Notes under the pieces: model-generated
What the model saw: only the letters and a program-made list of their open reading frames with translations
Told to the model about the DNA's origin: nothing
The model's database searches: none
Translations under genes and position numbers: made by a program
In this document: positions 18,047-28,069 of the stretch, piece after piece
Layout: each line of letters starts with the position of its first letter
Numbering within the stretch: position 1 is the stretch's first letter
NCBI GenBank assembly: GCA_963769935.1
Contig: CAVYNY010000009.1
Location: 288,001-352,000, forward strand
Length of the DNA stretch: 64,000 nt
Source: an uncultured delta proteobacterium
GTDB lineage: Bacteria > Desulfobacterota > Desulfobacteria > Desulfobacterales > JAFDCJ01
Direction: 5' to 3'

Positions 18047-18690
18047 ACGAATCGTTCACACTTGAAAATCGCGACATCAACATTCGGCGCCGCCTGTTTA
18101 CAAAAGGAAAAGGGTTCATAAAAAAGCCTTTGAGACATCTGACATCACGATGCGCATTGGCATATGACAATTTGAATTTGTTCGGGGAAATAAACCATAC
18201 CCTGCATTTAGGTCGGCCAGCTGATGGTCGATGCCGCCCGCTCCCGCGATGCCCGGGTAGGTGTCCGAGCTCGGCCAGACGGTAGACTGTAAACACGCGA
18301 AAGCACCCCACATCAGCAAGAATGTCTATCCCTGCTTCCAAAATAAGTGGGGAACGTGACGGAATTATTAGCGCCAGAAGGCGGAAATGCTGATTTTCGG
18401 TCTTAATCGTTTTTTCCGGCTTCTGGCGTTTGTTTAAAAAAAACCTGCCAAAATCATCTGGCAGGGCCTAATTTTTTTGATCTAATGCTGTTATGTCTTG
18501 AGTATCTTTATGCATCCCTGGTGAATGCCATTAAAGATATATAGCAGAAAGCACAACTTTAGACCTAATAATCAGAAATGATCATATCACAACTTTTTTG
18601 GAGGCTTCATTTTTGCCGATACGTTGGAGAAACCACAAGTTTTAGAACTGAGAAAAAGCTTTTGTTAATCGAAGAATAACTTTATGTTGA

Positions 18691-20589
18691 TTATTCAGGT
18701 AGCCCTGCCTTGCGCAGAGCAGCCACATAACGCTCTATATCAGCTTTATTCTTATAGGGGAGGGTCTTTGCATAATATTCAATAGAGAATTTAGGGTTGA
18801 TCCGGAGGACTTCCTTGGCTGCAGCGGAAGCCTCTGCATGTCGATCCAATGAACTATAACAGGCTGCGAGAAAAGCATGGGCGGGCAAGTAATCGGGGGC
18901 TCCCTGCAGAGCCTTTTTCCATGTGGCTATGGATTCATCAAGCTGCCCTGTCATGAAATAGGCACGGCCCAACCAGTGATAGAATATGACCGGTGGGAAT
19001 GGTTCGAGGCGTATGGCCTTCTTTGCCAATTCAATACTTTCATCCCACCTGCCTGAACAGCCGACGGCCCCGGCCAGAAAAGCATAATTCCCAGCCCCAT
19101 TAGGATTGAGGGCGATAGCCCGCTCCCCTTCAGCGATTGCCTTTTCATACTGACCTTGGAGAAAGTAAACGCCGCCAATCAATAGGTAAGCAAAGTCCGA
19201 GGTGTCATTCAGCTGAATCGCTTTTTGCGCATATTTCAGAGCCATTTTAATAGATTCGGCCCGAGACTCAACCCACCCAAACCTCGCATCGAACCAGTAA
19301 GTCCAACCTATAGCAGCATAGGCAAGATCATACTTAGGGTCCAGGGCAATGGCCTCCTCATATAATCGTCGCGCTGTGGCGTTGTCCTCTTTCGTGTACC
19401 GATAACTATAATCTATTGCTTGCAGAAATTTTTCCCAGGCTCTAAGATTCGTCGTCGTATTTTTATCCCACACGCGGGCTTGCTCACCCTCTGTTAGCTC
19501 CACCCGCAGGGCACTCGTGATCTTTATGGTAATGTCATCTTGAATCGCAAATATGTCTTTTGCTTCACGATCGTAGCCTTCCGACCAAATATGATGCCCT
19601 GTAGTCGCATCGATTAACTGGGCAGTGATCCGAACTCGGTCGGCTGTTCTCTGCACACTGCCTTCCAGCACGTACTTTACCCCTAAATCCTCTGCGACCT
19701 TTTGAACCTTCACGGGTTTCCCTTTGTAGGTAAAAACTGAACTGCGCGAGATCACAAATAGGCCTCGAAGCTTGGACAGTGTGCTGATGATCTGGTCGGT
19801 CAGCCCGTCGCTGAAGTAATCCTGTGCAGGGTCACCACTCATGTTTTCAAAAGGCAACACCGCAATAGAGGGCTTATCCGGTAATGGGTGCGCCATCCTT
19901 GCCACGGATGCCACCTCCACCTCGGAAGGCCGCAAATAAAAGTTCCAAATTGTTGCTATTGCAATCGCCCCAACTAAAACTGCTGCTATCCCAAAGGCGA
20001 TCTTTCGCCATTTTCTTTCCAATGTTTTTTTCGCTTTTACCACTCGATGAGCAGCTGCATCCGGAAACGAAAGCACCCTAAATACGCGGATAGGCCTTGT
20101 AATATTTTTAACCTGATGCTCTCCCAAATCCTCATATTCCAGCCCGAGCTTATTTTCCACCTGATCGTAAGCCCTGCCGGAAATGCAGATGCCCCCTGCT
20201 TCAGCCATCGCTTCCACGCGGGCTGTAATATTAACACCATCACCGTAAATTCGCCCTTCTTCCTCGATAACATCTCCGAGGTTGACCCCGATGCGAAACT
20301 GCATCCTTCGTTTTTCCAGCAGCTCAGTATTGCGTTCAGCAAGCTCACGCTGAATCTCCACAGCACAGTTTACTGCATCCACCACACTGGTAAACTCTGC
20401 CAGGATGTTGTCTCCCGGTGTGTCTATAACACGACCACGGTATTGCTGGACCAGATCATTAATTGCGGTACGGTAAACGGTTAGGGTGCGGACGGTAACT
20501 TCTTCATCGTCGTCCATAAGCCGGCTGTAACCTTGCACATCGGCACTGAGGATGGCGGCGAGCTTACGCTTAAAACCTGCATCTGCCAA
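18691..20589 (-). CDS. Class III adenylate/guanylate cyclase with TM, TolB-like and TPR domains
   Basis: RKLAAILSADVQGYSRLM, GDNILAEF, FRIGVNLGDV, GDGVN, PSIAVLPFENMSGD, TPR repeats. Confidence 0.92.
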   Translation of the reverse strand: MADAGFKRKLAAILSADVQGYSRLMDDDEEVTVRTLTVYRTAINDLVQQYRGRVIDTPGDNILAEFTSVVDAVNCAVEIQRELAERNTELLEKRRMQFRIGVNLGDVIEEEGRIYGDGVNITARVEAMAEAGGICISGRAYDQVENKLGLEYEDLGEHQVKNITRPIRVFRVLSFPDAAAHRVVKAKKTLERKWRKIAFGIAAVLVGAIAIATIWNFYLRPSEVEVASVARMAHPLPDKPSIAVLPFENMSGDPAQDYFSDGLTDQIISTLSKLRGLFVISRSSVFTYKGKPVKVQKVAEDLGVKYVLEGSVQRTADRVRITAQLIDATTGHHIWSEGYDREAKDIFAIQDDITIKITSALRVELTEGEQARVWDKNTTTNLRAWEKFLQAIDYSYRYTKEDNATARRLYEEAIALDPKYDLAYAAIGWTYWFDARFGWVESRAESIKMALKYAQKAIQLNDTSDFAYLLIGGVYFLQGQYEKAIAEGERAIALNPNGAGNYAFLAGAVGCSGRWDESIELAKKAIRLEPFPPVIFYHWLGRAYFMTGQLDESIATWKKALQGAPDYLPAHAFLAACYSSLDRHAEASAAAKEVLRINPKFSIEYYAKTLPYKNKADIERYVAALRKAGLPE

Positions 20590-20903
20590 AACGGCACCTC
20601 CGTTTTTAAGGTTTCAAACAGAGGAACTCATTATATGGATTACTCAAAAAAGCATAAAAATCAGATTAGAAATTGAACTTGATTCTGTAAATGCAAAACC
20701 GCTTCAGGTCAAATGGAATTGGAGCATCGTAAATAGGTTGCGTATTTATATCCAAATCGATGGACTTTTTCAATCAAAATTAGGGATTCTGGAAACTGGT
20801 GATTCATTGAGATAATATGCAAAAACAACACCGCCCAAAACTGTGATATCATAATGGATATCACAGATCTGCTCACTTTTTGTAAAGGTTGATAATTTGA
20901 AAT

Positions 20904-20936
20904 AAAAGGACAGGGTTATTTGCTGACCCTGCCCTT
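20904..20936 (-). terminator. Rho-independent terminator
   Basis: AAGGACAGGGTTA-TTTGC-TGACCCTGCCCTT hairpin with minus-strand T tract. Confidence 0.55.
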
Positions 20937-21023
20937 GAGGTTAGTGTTCTCTCCACCTTAATAAATCGACCTGATTCAATAACAAAAATGAGGAATTATT
21001 TTGCACTTAGAAATCCGTTACCT

Positions 21024-21344
21024 CTATGGTGTCTTTTTGCCTATTGATTCCATTGCTTCCTCAATTGTCATCCAAGTGCGAACCTCATAATAGAAACCTT
21101 CAATGTCAAAAAATTCTGCCATAAATTTGGCCGTATAAGCTGCAGCTTCTTCATATTTGCCTGGATGGATTTTACTGGCTGATAACACTCTTAGCCCACA
21201 CTTGTCACTTGTGACTGCCGATTCAACCAGCGGAGTGACCAGACCTTCAGGTCGAGGGTATTTTTCAAGTGCCTTGAGCCAAGCAGCTACAACTTCTTTG
21301 TTTTTAGAGGCGGGATATTGGCTTTCAACAAATATAATTGGCAT
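21024..21344 (-). CDS. Hypothetical protein
   Basis: 106-aa ORF with strong RBS AGGAGG and own terminator. Confidence 0.8.
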   Translation of the reverse strand: MPIIFVESQYPASKNKEVVAAWLKALEKYPRPEGLVTPLVESAVTSDKCGLRVLSASKIHPGKYEEAAAYTAKFMAEFFDIEGFYYEVRTWMTIEEAMESIGKKTP

Positions 21345-22711
21345 AGGAACCTCCTTTCTTCAGTTTTTGGAAAGATCGAATTGAAGTGATATTTCAACTG
21401 AACTCCTAACAGGAAATGGATAAAATCCCGTCAGGAGCAAAATAGGCACAATTTGAGAGGGTTCTCCATCGTAACTTCACCATAATGTTAAGCTAATGTT
21501 CGGTGGAAACCAATATTTTTTCAGTAGAAGTCTTTAAAATGTGAAATTCATCGAGATCGCAGAAGCGCAGATGGTTGATACCGGTCAGATTCAGGAGTAG
21601 ATGGTGATTAAGATATGAAACTGTTGTCTTTTGATTATTCTATAGATTTTCTAATGTCAAGAAAAATTAATAAGTACTACTATGTAGTAATTACAGCGGG
21701 CATCTTTGGATTGACATATCTTGCCATTATATGAATTTCGAAAACTATCGAACTATTTAAAGATATAATCCGCATACCAAAAAGTATTTGACCCTGTCAA
21801 TTAATGAATAATATTCAGACCAATTGGTAATAATCATATTCGTTGCCGCCTATTTGTTTGAGTGATAATCGCCTTTCCAGCTTCATTAACCCTCTAATTT
21901 TCCTATTTTCTAAATATAGGATATTGTAACTGGTTTTTAATCAATTTTTGGCTCTTTCAGACGCTTTTGGTAGGTCGATCCGATATTGACCAGTGCAACA
22001 GCAAGATTTTTATGCAATCGCCCTATTTTGGCCCTTTGGTGGATTATCAGTCACTAAGCCACCATAGAAAATTGAATGAAGCCTTCAGAGATTGCAAAAA
22101 AAAATGTCACAGGCAAAAAACCTGTGACATTTTCTAAATCCCTATTTTCAAGTGAAAATATTAGTTCTGAAGGTTTTCGAATTGGTCTATTAATTCCAAT
22201 GCCTTTTGAACAGGTTGGGAACCATTGCGGCAGGAGAACCCGGAAGCTGTGCCTGGCTTATGTGTTTGAGGATGTTTTTTCCTTGTGACGGTTAAGCATG
22301 GAATACGGAAGTACTTTTGAAACCGTGGCAACCGGCGCGCGCCCGGTCAACCTCACCGGTCCAGCGGTTCCTCGGATTGTCATGGAGGCGACGGCAATAG
22401 CCGTCTAAAGGCCTGTTCCAAATAGCTTCTTTGCCACGTTCACAATGGATTCATTGACAACTATTATGAGAAGTTATTTTCTAGTGAGTCATTGGGCGGC
22501 TGCATTCTTTTGCGGTGCTGTTTTGCCGCTTTTGGAAATCGTTGGCCTGGCTTCTTCACAAAAGCACTTTTGCTCGACCAAATATCGAGCGGACTTGACA
22601 CGAATTGAAAAGCAATCCTTTGGACAGAGATCTCTTGACAGAACAAAAACAATGCCAAAATATAGAGCATTCTGCCCCAGAGGACCAGTTTTTTAATCAT
22701 AGAATAATGCA

Positions 22712-23518
22712 ATGAAGAGAGCCGACTTTGTAATTCGTCCCCATAAAACAGAGATAAAAGCCGCCGGCGGAAAGCTGAGGCTTCGGGTCATGACCTACAA
22801 TATCCACAGCTGCGTCGATCAAAACCGAACCGTTAATTTCGACAAGTTTGTTGGAATCATTGAGAAACGCCAAGCCGATATTATCGCACTGCAGGAAGTC
22901 GACGTCCAGAAGCCTTTCGACCAAAACCGGAATCAGGCCGGTATGATTGCAGATAAATTAAAGATGGATCATATTTTCTTTCCGGCCGAACATTCCAGCC
23001 TGCGCGCTTTCGGACTTGCCATCCTGAGCCGCTATACATTAACGGCATCCCATGGCGGCCTTCTACCGCAGTTATATGCCCGGCTCAAGCCAAGAAAGCG
23101 GGCCGCAGTTCGGGCAACCCTTCAGACGCCGGCCGGACCGCTGCATATTGTCAATGCGCATCTCAGCCTTTTTAAGCTGGAGCGCCGCGGGCAGTTAAAA
23201 AACCTTCTGGGCCGTGACTGGCTGGCGGGGGTGCCGGCCGGGGAGCCGGTTATCTTTTGCGGTGATCTGAATGCCGGGCCTTTATCCAAAACATACCGCA
23301 CCCTCTCCCGTCATTTAACCGACGTTCAAAAGGAATTAAAGATCCTGAAAGGAGCTGCCACCCAGCCGACTTTTCACTCCAGAAGTCCTCTGTTTCGGAT
23401 TGATCATATTTTTGTCTCTCAGCATCTGCGAACCATCCAGGTGGAAGTCACGAATTCCCCGGATACACGGACGGCTTCCGATCACTTGCCGCTGACGGCG
23501 GATCTTGCGTTATTATAG
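22712..23518 (+). CDS. Endonuclease/exonuclease/phosphatase family protein
   Basis: VMTYNIH, DIIALQEVD, NAHL, CGDLNA, RIDHIF, ASDHLP. Confidence 0.93.
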   Translation: MKRADFVIRPHKTEIKAAGGKLRLRVMTYNIHSCVDQNRTVNFDKFVGIIEKRQADIIALQEVDVQKPFDQNRNQAGMIADKLKMDHIFFPAEHSSLRAFGLAILSRYTLTASHGGLLPQLYARLKPRKRAAVRATLQTPAGPLHIVNAHLSLFKLERRGQLKNLLGRDWLAGVPAGEPVIFCGDLNAGPLSKTYRTLSRHLTDVQKELKILKGAATQPTFHSRSPLFRIDHIFVSQHLRTIQVEVTNSPDTRTASDHLPLTADLALL

Positions 23519-23558
23519 AAAAAATTTATTTGCCATAATCGAAAAAATTTTTGCATCG

Positions 23559-23590
23559 CTAATAAAATCCTAACAATCCTTTTGTATCCT
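23559..23590 (+). promoter_or_regulatory. Putative Pho box plus -10
   Basis: CTAAT-N6-CTAAC, 10 bp, TATCCT. Confidence 0.6.
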
Positions 23591-23753
23591 TTTCTAGGCA
23601 ATCGAGACCGGCTTTAAAGCGGCCGATGATGTTTCCGCAAGCGATCTTCATCTTTATGCGGATGTCGACCTGATCAGGTTAAAATCCGGGCTTTGAATTA
23701 ATAAAGTGTATTTTCACAAAAGATCGCCAGAAACGTGAAAGGGAGAGCGCGAT

Positions 23754-24044
23754 ATGATTTCAGCTAACTGCGATATTCGCGAATTCATTTCTGAGCTGGA
23801 AAACAAGGATTTTTTCGAAATGATCTATTTGCTGGATAAGGAGGCGACGGAGGCTGAAAGACAATTATTTAATTCCAGGAGCAAAACGTGTGATGGACAA
23901 ATTTGCGGGTCCGAATACGTGAGTAACCTGAAAAACCTTATCTTCTATCTCAGGTACGGTGCCAGGCCCAATGGATTGCAAAAGGAGTATATTCGCCTTT
24001 TAGATTCAGTTTGCGCCAAAAATGTTCATCCACCGGCGCATTGA
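23754..24044 (+). CDS. Hypothetical protein
   Basis: 96-aa ORF, RBS GGGAG, followed 6 bp later by the next gene. Confidence 0.75.
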   Translation: MISANCDIREFISELENKDFFEMIYLLDKEATEAERQLFNSRSKTCDGQICGSEYVSNLKNLIFYLRYGARPNGLQKEYIRLLDSVCAKNVHPPAH

Positions 24045-24050
24045 GGCAAC

Positions 24051-24527
24051 ATGAAAACCGCTGGCAAAGATCTGCCCTCCATTATTTTACCGCCGCCGCT
24101 CATTTTTTTCGTGTTGCTGGGTGTCGGTTTTTTGCTGGATTATCTTTTTCCATTAAAATATTTCAGACTGCCGTGGACACCCCGGGTTATCGGCAGCGGC
24201 ATCCTTTTTCTGATCTCCGGGTATCTGGCAATGGGATCGATCAATGTGTTGCTGCGCAATAAAACGCCGTATAACCCGTCAAAACCTGCCATAAAAATTG
24301 TTGGTCAGGGCCCGTTCCGGCTTTCACGAAACCCGATGTATCTTGCGCTCCTGCTCCTGCTTGCAGCCGCTGCGGTTTTCACCGGTTCGATCTGGCTTTT
24401 TCTGGCCGTACCGCTGCTTTTGATTGTTTTGGACATCACTGCCGTCAAACCGGAAGAATCATATCTGGAGCGCCATTTCGGCAGCCGGTATCTGGCATAC
24501 AAGGCCAAAGTCAGACGGTGGCTTTAA
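24051..24527 (+). CDS. Isoprenylcysteine/phospholipid methyltransferase (ICMT/PEMT) family protein
   Basis: GPFRLSRNPMYL, EESYLERHFG, YKAKVRRWL; hydrophobic. Confidence 0.9.
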   Translation: MKTAGKDLPSIILPPPLIFFVLLGVGFLLDYLFPLKYFRLPWTPRVIGSGILFLISGYLAMGSINVLLRNKTPYNPSKPAIKIVGQGPFRLSRNPMYLALLLLLAAAAVFTGSIWLFLAVPLLLIVLDITAVKPEESYLERHFGSRYLAYKAKVRRWL

Positions 24528-24595
24528 AATCCGCAGCATCAACCCGGCTGAAGGTATATTCCTGGGGCGTTATTGTCGTTTTAATTCACTCATTT

Positions 24596-24638
24596 CTAAC
24601 ATCATCCTAGTAAAAGTCTAAAGCATCAATCCTACTAT
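24596..24638 (+). promoter_or_regulatory. Putative Pho box plus -10
   Basis: CTAAC/CTAGT/CTAAA at 11-bp period, 10 bp, TACTAT. Confidence 0.62.
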
Positions 24639-24721
24639 TATTCCGGCCGCAAACCCTTATAGCACCATCAAAATATATTCGGAAATTCTATAAAACTGAG
24701 CTATTCGGCTGAGGTTTAAGT

Positions 24722-24907
24722 ATGCAATTTAAAGTATCATGCTTTGAAGTCAAAAAATTGGGAGAGGATGAGTGGCAGGAAGCCTCCGAGAGAATGGTCC
24801 TGGCAAAATTGGCCGAATGCTTTGACCCGCTTACCCCGATCCTGACGAAAATGATGGAAGGCAATGAGATCGTTGCACAGCGAGAAATATATCGATTCAG
24901 ATGTTAG
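24722..24907 (+). CDS. Small hypothetical protein
   Basis: 61 aa, RBS GAGG. Confidence 0.65.
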   Translation: MQFKVSCFEVKKLGEDEWQEASERMVLAKLAECFDPLTPILTKMMEGNEIVAQREIYRFRC

Positions 24908-24927
24908 GCTTAGAAAGGAGAAAAAAT

Positions 24928-25119
24928 ATGGGCGAATTGTTTCTGCAGCATGATGCATTCACCTATTTATTTGATACTGATTTGCTTAAACTCTACCGGT
25001 TGCAGGGCCGTCAGTCTGTAGAGATCAATAATCCTGAAACGGTACGCAATGTGCGGCTCTATTCTTCTGAAATCAGCCGGGAGCGGGCGTTCAAGATGGC
25101 CGAAGGATGTCATAACTGA
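24928..25119 (+). CDS. Small hypothetical protein
   Basis: 63 aa from ATG 24928, RBS AAGGAG. Confidence 0.7.
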   Translation: MGELFLQHDAFTYLFDTDLLKLYRLQGRQSVEINNPETVRNVRLYSSEISRERAFKMAEGCHN

Positions 25120-25223
25120 TTTTTCATTCTAACCATGACCAATGCAATGAAAATAGTGGAAGTCGGCCAGGTCGTTTAATTTCGCAATGAGAAGAATGAT
25201 TGAAGATTTCCAGGCCGTGAAAT

Positions 25224-25832
25224 TTATGGTTCGATCCGTGTCATTTTGGGCAAGGCGGTCAGAACATCCTCACAGGTAAAGAAAATATCAATACCCATAG
25301 GGTGCAGAAATGATATCTGCCGCCACTGACACCAGAAGATATCCGCAACGTCCTTAAGATCCAGGCGAGAATTCCTGTTCCCGGCGACATTGGAATTTTG
25401 ATGGTCCGCCACCGGGTAAATATCCTCCACCTGTACAACTATCGTCGTCGCTTTTTCGCAATGCTCATATCGGCCGACCCTGAAATATTCAAGGGGCGGC
25501 ATGGCGGCCGGCCTGGTAATAATCGCGAATTTCGCCATGCAGGGTTCGGTCACAACACTGCTTCCACAGCCGGACTGCAGCCAGCCGATTGCCGGGTTCC
25601 TCCAGTCGATATCAGTCCAGACGGGCGTCTCATCATCGAGCAGGGTCAGACAGGTGGCGGCAGAGGCTGAATTAAATACTGCCGGCGCATACGGATACTC
25701 CCGGATTGTAACCAGCCGGCCGGGATGTTCCATAGCATCGAGAATCGCTCTAAAGGCCTGATGTGATTCGACAGCGGGATCATCAGATCCATTCCTCCAC
25801 TGATTAAGCGCCCGTGAGTGGTTCATTTTCAT
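25224..25832 (-). CDS. phnH: PhnH-like (C-P lyase system) protein
   Basis: SHQAFRAILDAMEHPG, AATCLTLLDDETPVW, ATTIVVQV, PMGIDIFFTC...ALP. Confidence 0.85.
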   Translation of the reverse strand: MKMNHSRALNQWRNGSDDPAVESHQAFRAILDAMEHPGRLVTIREYPYAPAVFNSASAATCLTLLDDETPVWTDIDWRNPAIGWLQSGCGSSVVTEPCMAKFAIITRPAAMPPLEYFRVGRYEHCEKATTIVVQVEDIYPVADHQNSNVAGNRNSRLDLKDVADIFWCQWRQISFLHPMGIDIFFTCEDVLTALPKMTRIEP

Positions 25833-25893
25833 GTTCCTCTATACATGGGGGGAAACGCACTTTTTCCGGGGGAGTTGCTCGTCACCCTGCCTG

Positions 25894-25938
25894 AATCTAT
25901 AGGATATGCCTGTTAGGGGGATATTAGCGAATCATTAG
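25894..25938 (-). promoter_or_regulatory. Putative Pho box plus -10 upstream of phnH
   Basis: CTAAT/CTAAT/CTAAC at 11-bp period followed by TATAGATT. Confidence 0.7.
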
Positions 25939-25959
25939 AAATGAATGAAAAATGTAGGC

Positions 25960-26295
25960 CTGTTAGCCGGTTGGCCCGTTGGCCGGTTGGCCCGTTGGCC
26001 GGTTGGCCCGTTGGCCGGTTGACCCGTTGGCCCGTTGGCCCGTTGACCCGTTGGCCCGTTGGCCCGTTGGCCCGTTGGCCCGTTGACCCGTTGGCCCGTT
26101 GACCCGTTGGCCCGTTGACCAGTGGGCCCGTTGACCCGTTGACCCGTTGGGCCCGTTGACTCTCGTTGACCCGGTGTGGCCTGTTGACTGGTTGTTCTCT
26201 TGGCTGGTTGCCCTGCTTCAATACACCGGCAACCGGCGAACAGGCACACGGGACAACCGGCCAACCGGCGCACGGGCCAACCGGCAAACCGGCTA
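25960..26295. repeat. 8-mer tandem array (CCGTTGRC, about 25 units) plus shorter inverted arm (about 9 units)
   Basis: Directly visible; lies between phoR stop and phnH promoter. Confidence 0.93.
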
Positions 26296-28069
26296 ACTGA
26301 TAGGCAGGTGGATGGTGAAGGTGCTGCCCTTGCCGAGCGTGCTGTCCACGGTGATATTGCCGCCATGGGCCTGGGCAATGTGTTTGACAATGGCAAGTCC
26401 GAGACCGGTGCCGCCCATTTTGCGGCTGCGCGCTTTGTCCACCCGATAAAATCTTTCAAAAAGCCGGGGCAGATGTTTTTTCGCAATGCCGATGCCCTGA
26501 TCTTCAACACTGATCTGAATTTCCGAGCCGTTCCGCCAAGCTTTAAGATGAATGACACTCTCGGGTTCGCTGTATTTAATGGCATTGTCCAGCAGGTTAA
26601 CCATCGCCTGCTCGAGCAGTGAGCTGTCAAATTTGGCTGAAATCTGCTCATCGCCGGCGATGGCAACGGTGATATTTTTTTCCTCGGCCTTCGGACGGCA
26701 TAGTTGCATTACAGAGCGAAAAACATTGCCGATGTTTCCCTCTTCTAAGCTTAACGGTCTTGCCTTCATCTTCCTGCTCGATTCTGGAAAGAGCGAGCAG
26801 ATCCTCGACGATGGAGCTCAGGCGGTCCACATGTTTTTGAATGATGCCCAGAAATCGCCTGGCCTCCTCCGGATTGTCGACACTGCCCTGGTGCAGGGTT
26901 TCAACAAAGCCCTTGATAGCCGTCAGCGGGGTTTTGATCTCATGCGAGACATTGGCCACAAAGTCGCGCCGCATGTTCTCCAGGCGTCTGAGTTGGGTGA
27001 CGTCATTGAATACCACCAGGGTTCCGATATGGTCTTTATTGGCGTCCAGCAGAGGGGAGCTCTGCAGGTGCAGCGTCTTTTCGCCCTTATGATACAGACC
27101 GATGTCGTCTTCTTTGGGAACCTTGCTGGATATGGCCCGGCCGACAAACTGCTGCAGCACCGAATTGCGAATGACTTCCTGCAGGTCCCGGCCCTGGTAC
27201 TTTTCGGGGTCGCAGTCGAAAAAATCGGTTGCCGCTGCATTCATGTTTATAATCCTTTCCTCATTGTCGACGGCAATGACGCCTTCCAGCATGCTGGCCA
27301 GCACGGTCTCCAGTTCATTGTGCTGGCTGACAATAGTTTTGATGCGACGGTCAAGCTGGGCGGCCATCTGGTTCAGGGCCTCGGCCAGACTGGCCAATTC
27401 TTCGGAATCCGGCGCCGCCAGGCGGTGGGTTAAATCACCGTCCGCGAAATGATCTGCGCCCTTTTTCATTTCTTCGATGGGCCGGCTGATGCGGCGTGAA
27501 ATCAACAAACTGATGCCGGCGGCCATCAAGGCAATTAAAAGACCGCCGAGTGCGATTTTGATCTGGATCGACTGCAGCTCCCGGTCAATCGATGTCGTGG
27601 GCAGGGACGCTCTTATTACCCCGTAGGTGGCATTACCCTGCTGCAAAGGGACAGCGACATACATCATTTTTTGCTTGAGTGTTTTGCTGTAGCGCCGGGA
27701 CAGGCCGGTATGGCCTTTAAGTGCTGTTGCAATTTCAGGCCGCTCGGCATGATTATCCATCACCCGGGGTGATTCACGGGAGTCGCCCACGACTTGCCCG
27801 TCGGGCAATATGACGGTGATGCGGGTGGCGGATTTTTCGCCGATTTCCTTGCAGACGGCGTCCACTGCGGCAGCATCCAAAGGCGTCAGGTGGGCGGTGA
27901 TTTGCTTTTCGACCAGTACGGCGCGGATTTTCAGATCCGCTGCGGTCTGGTCCATGAAAAAATGGTGCAGCGAACTGGAGGCATACCAGCTGACCGCCAA
28001 TACCGAGAGCACCGTGATCAGCAGATATGAAGGAAACAGCTGCCAGATCAGTCTTTTTTTCCTATTCAT
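26293..28069 (-). CDS. phoR: PhoR-like sensor histidine kinase (HAMP-PAS-HisKA-HATPase); one frameshift at ~26746
   Basis: RRDFVANVSHEIKTPLTAIKG, NLLDNAIKY, RLFERFYRVDKARSRKMGGTGLGL split over two ORFs. Confidence 0.88.

Noticed and set aside
22181..22200. sigma54 promoter TGGTCT-ATTAA-TTCC
   Set aside because: The -12 GC is not conserved and no convincing gene follows
22693..22708. Pho box before the EEP gene (TTAAT-N6-ATAAT)
   Set aside because: AT-rich context and no -10 hexamer at the 10-bp spacing seen elsewhere
25960..26200. CRISPR array
   Set aside because: Contiguous 8-bp units with no unique spacers and no cas genes
25913..26666. ORFs with GQRANGPT repeats
   Set aside because: Translation of the non-coding 8-mer array and an alternative frame of phoR
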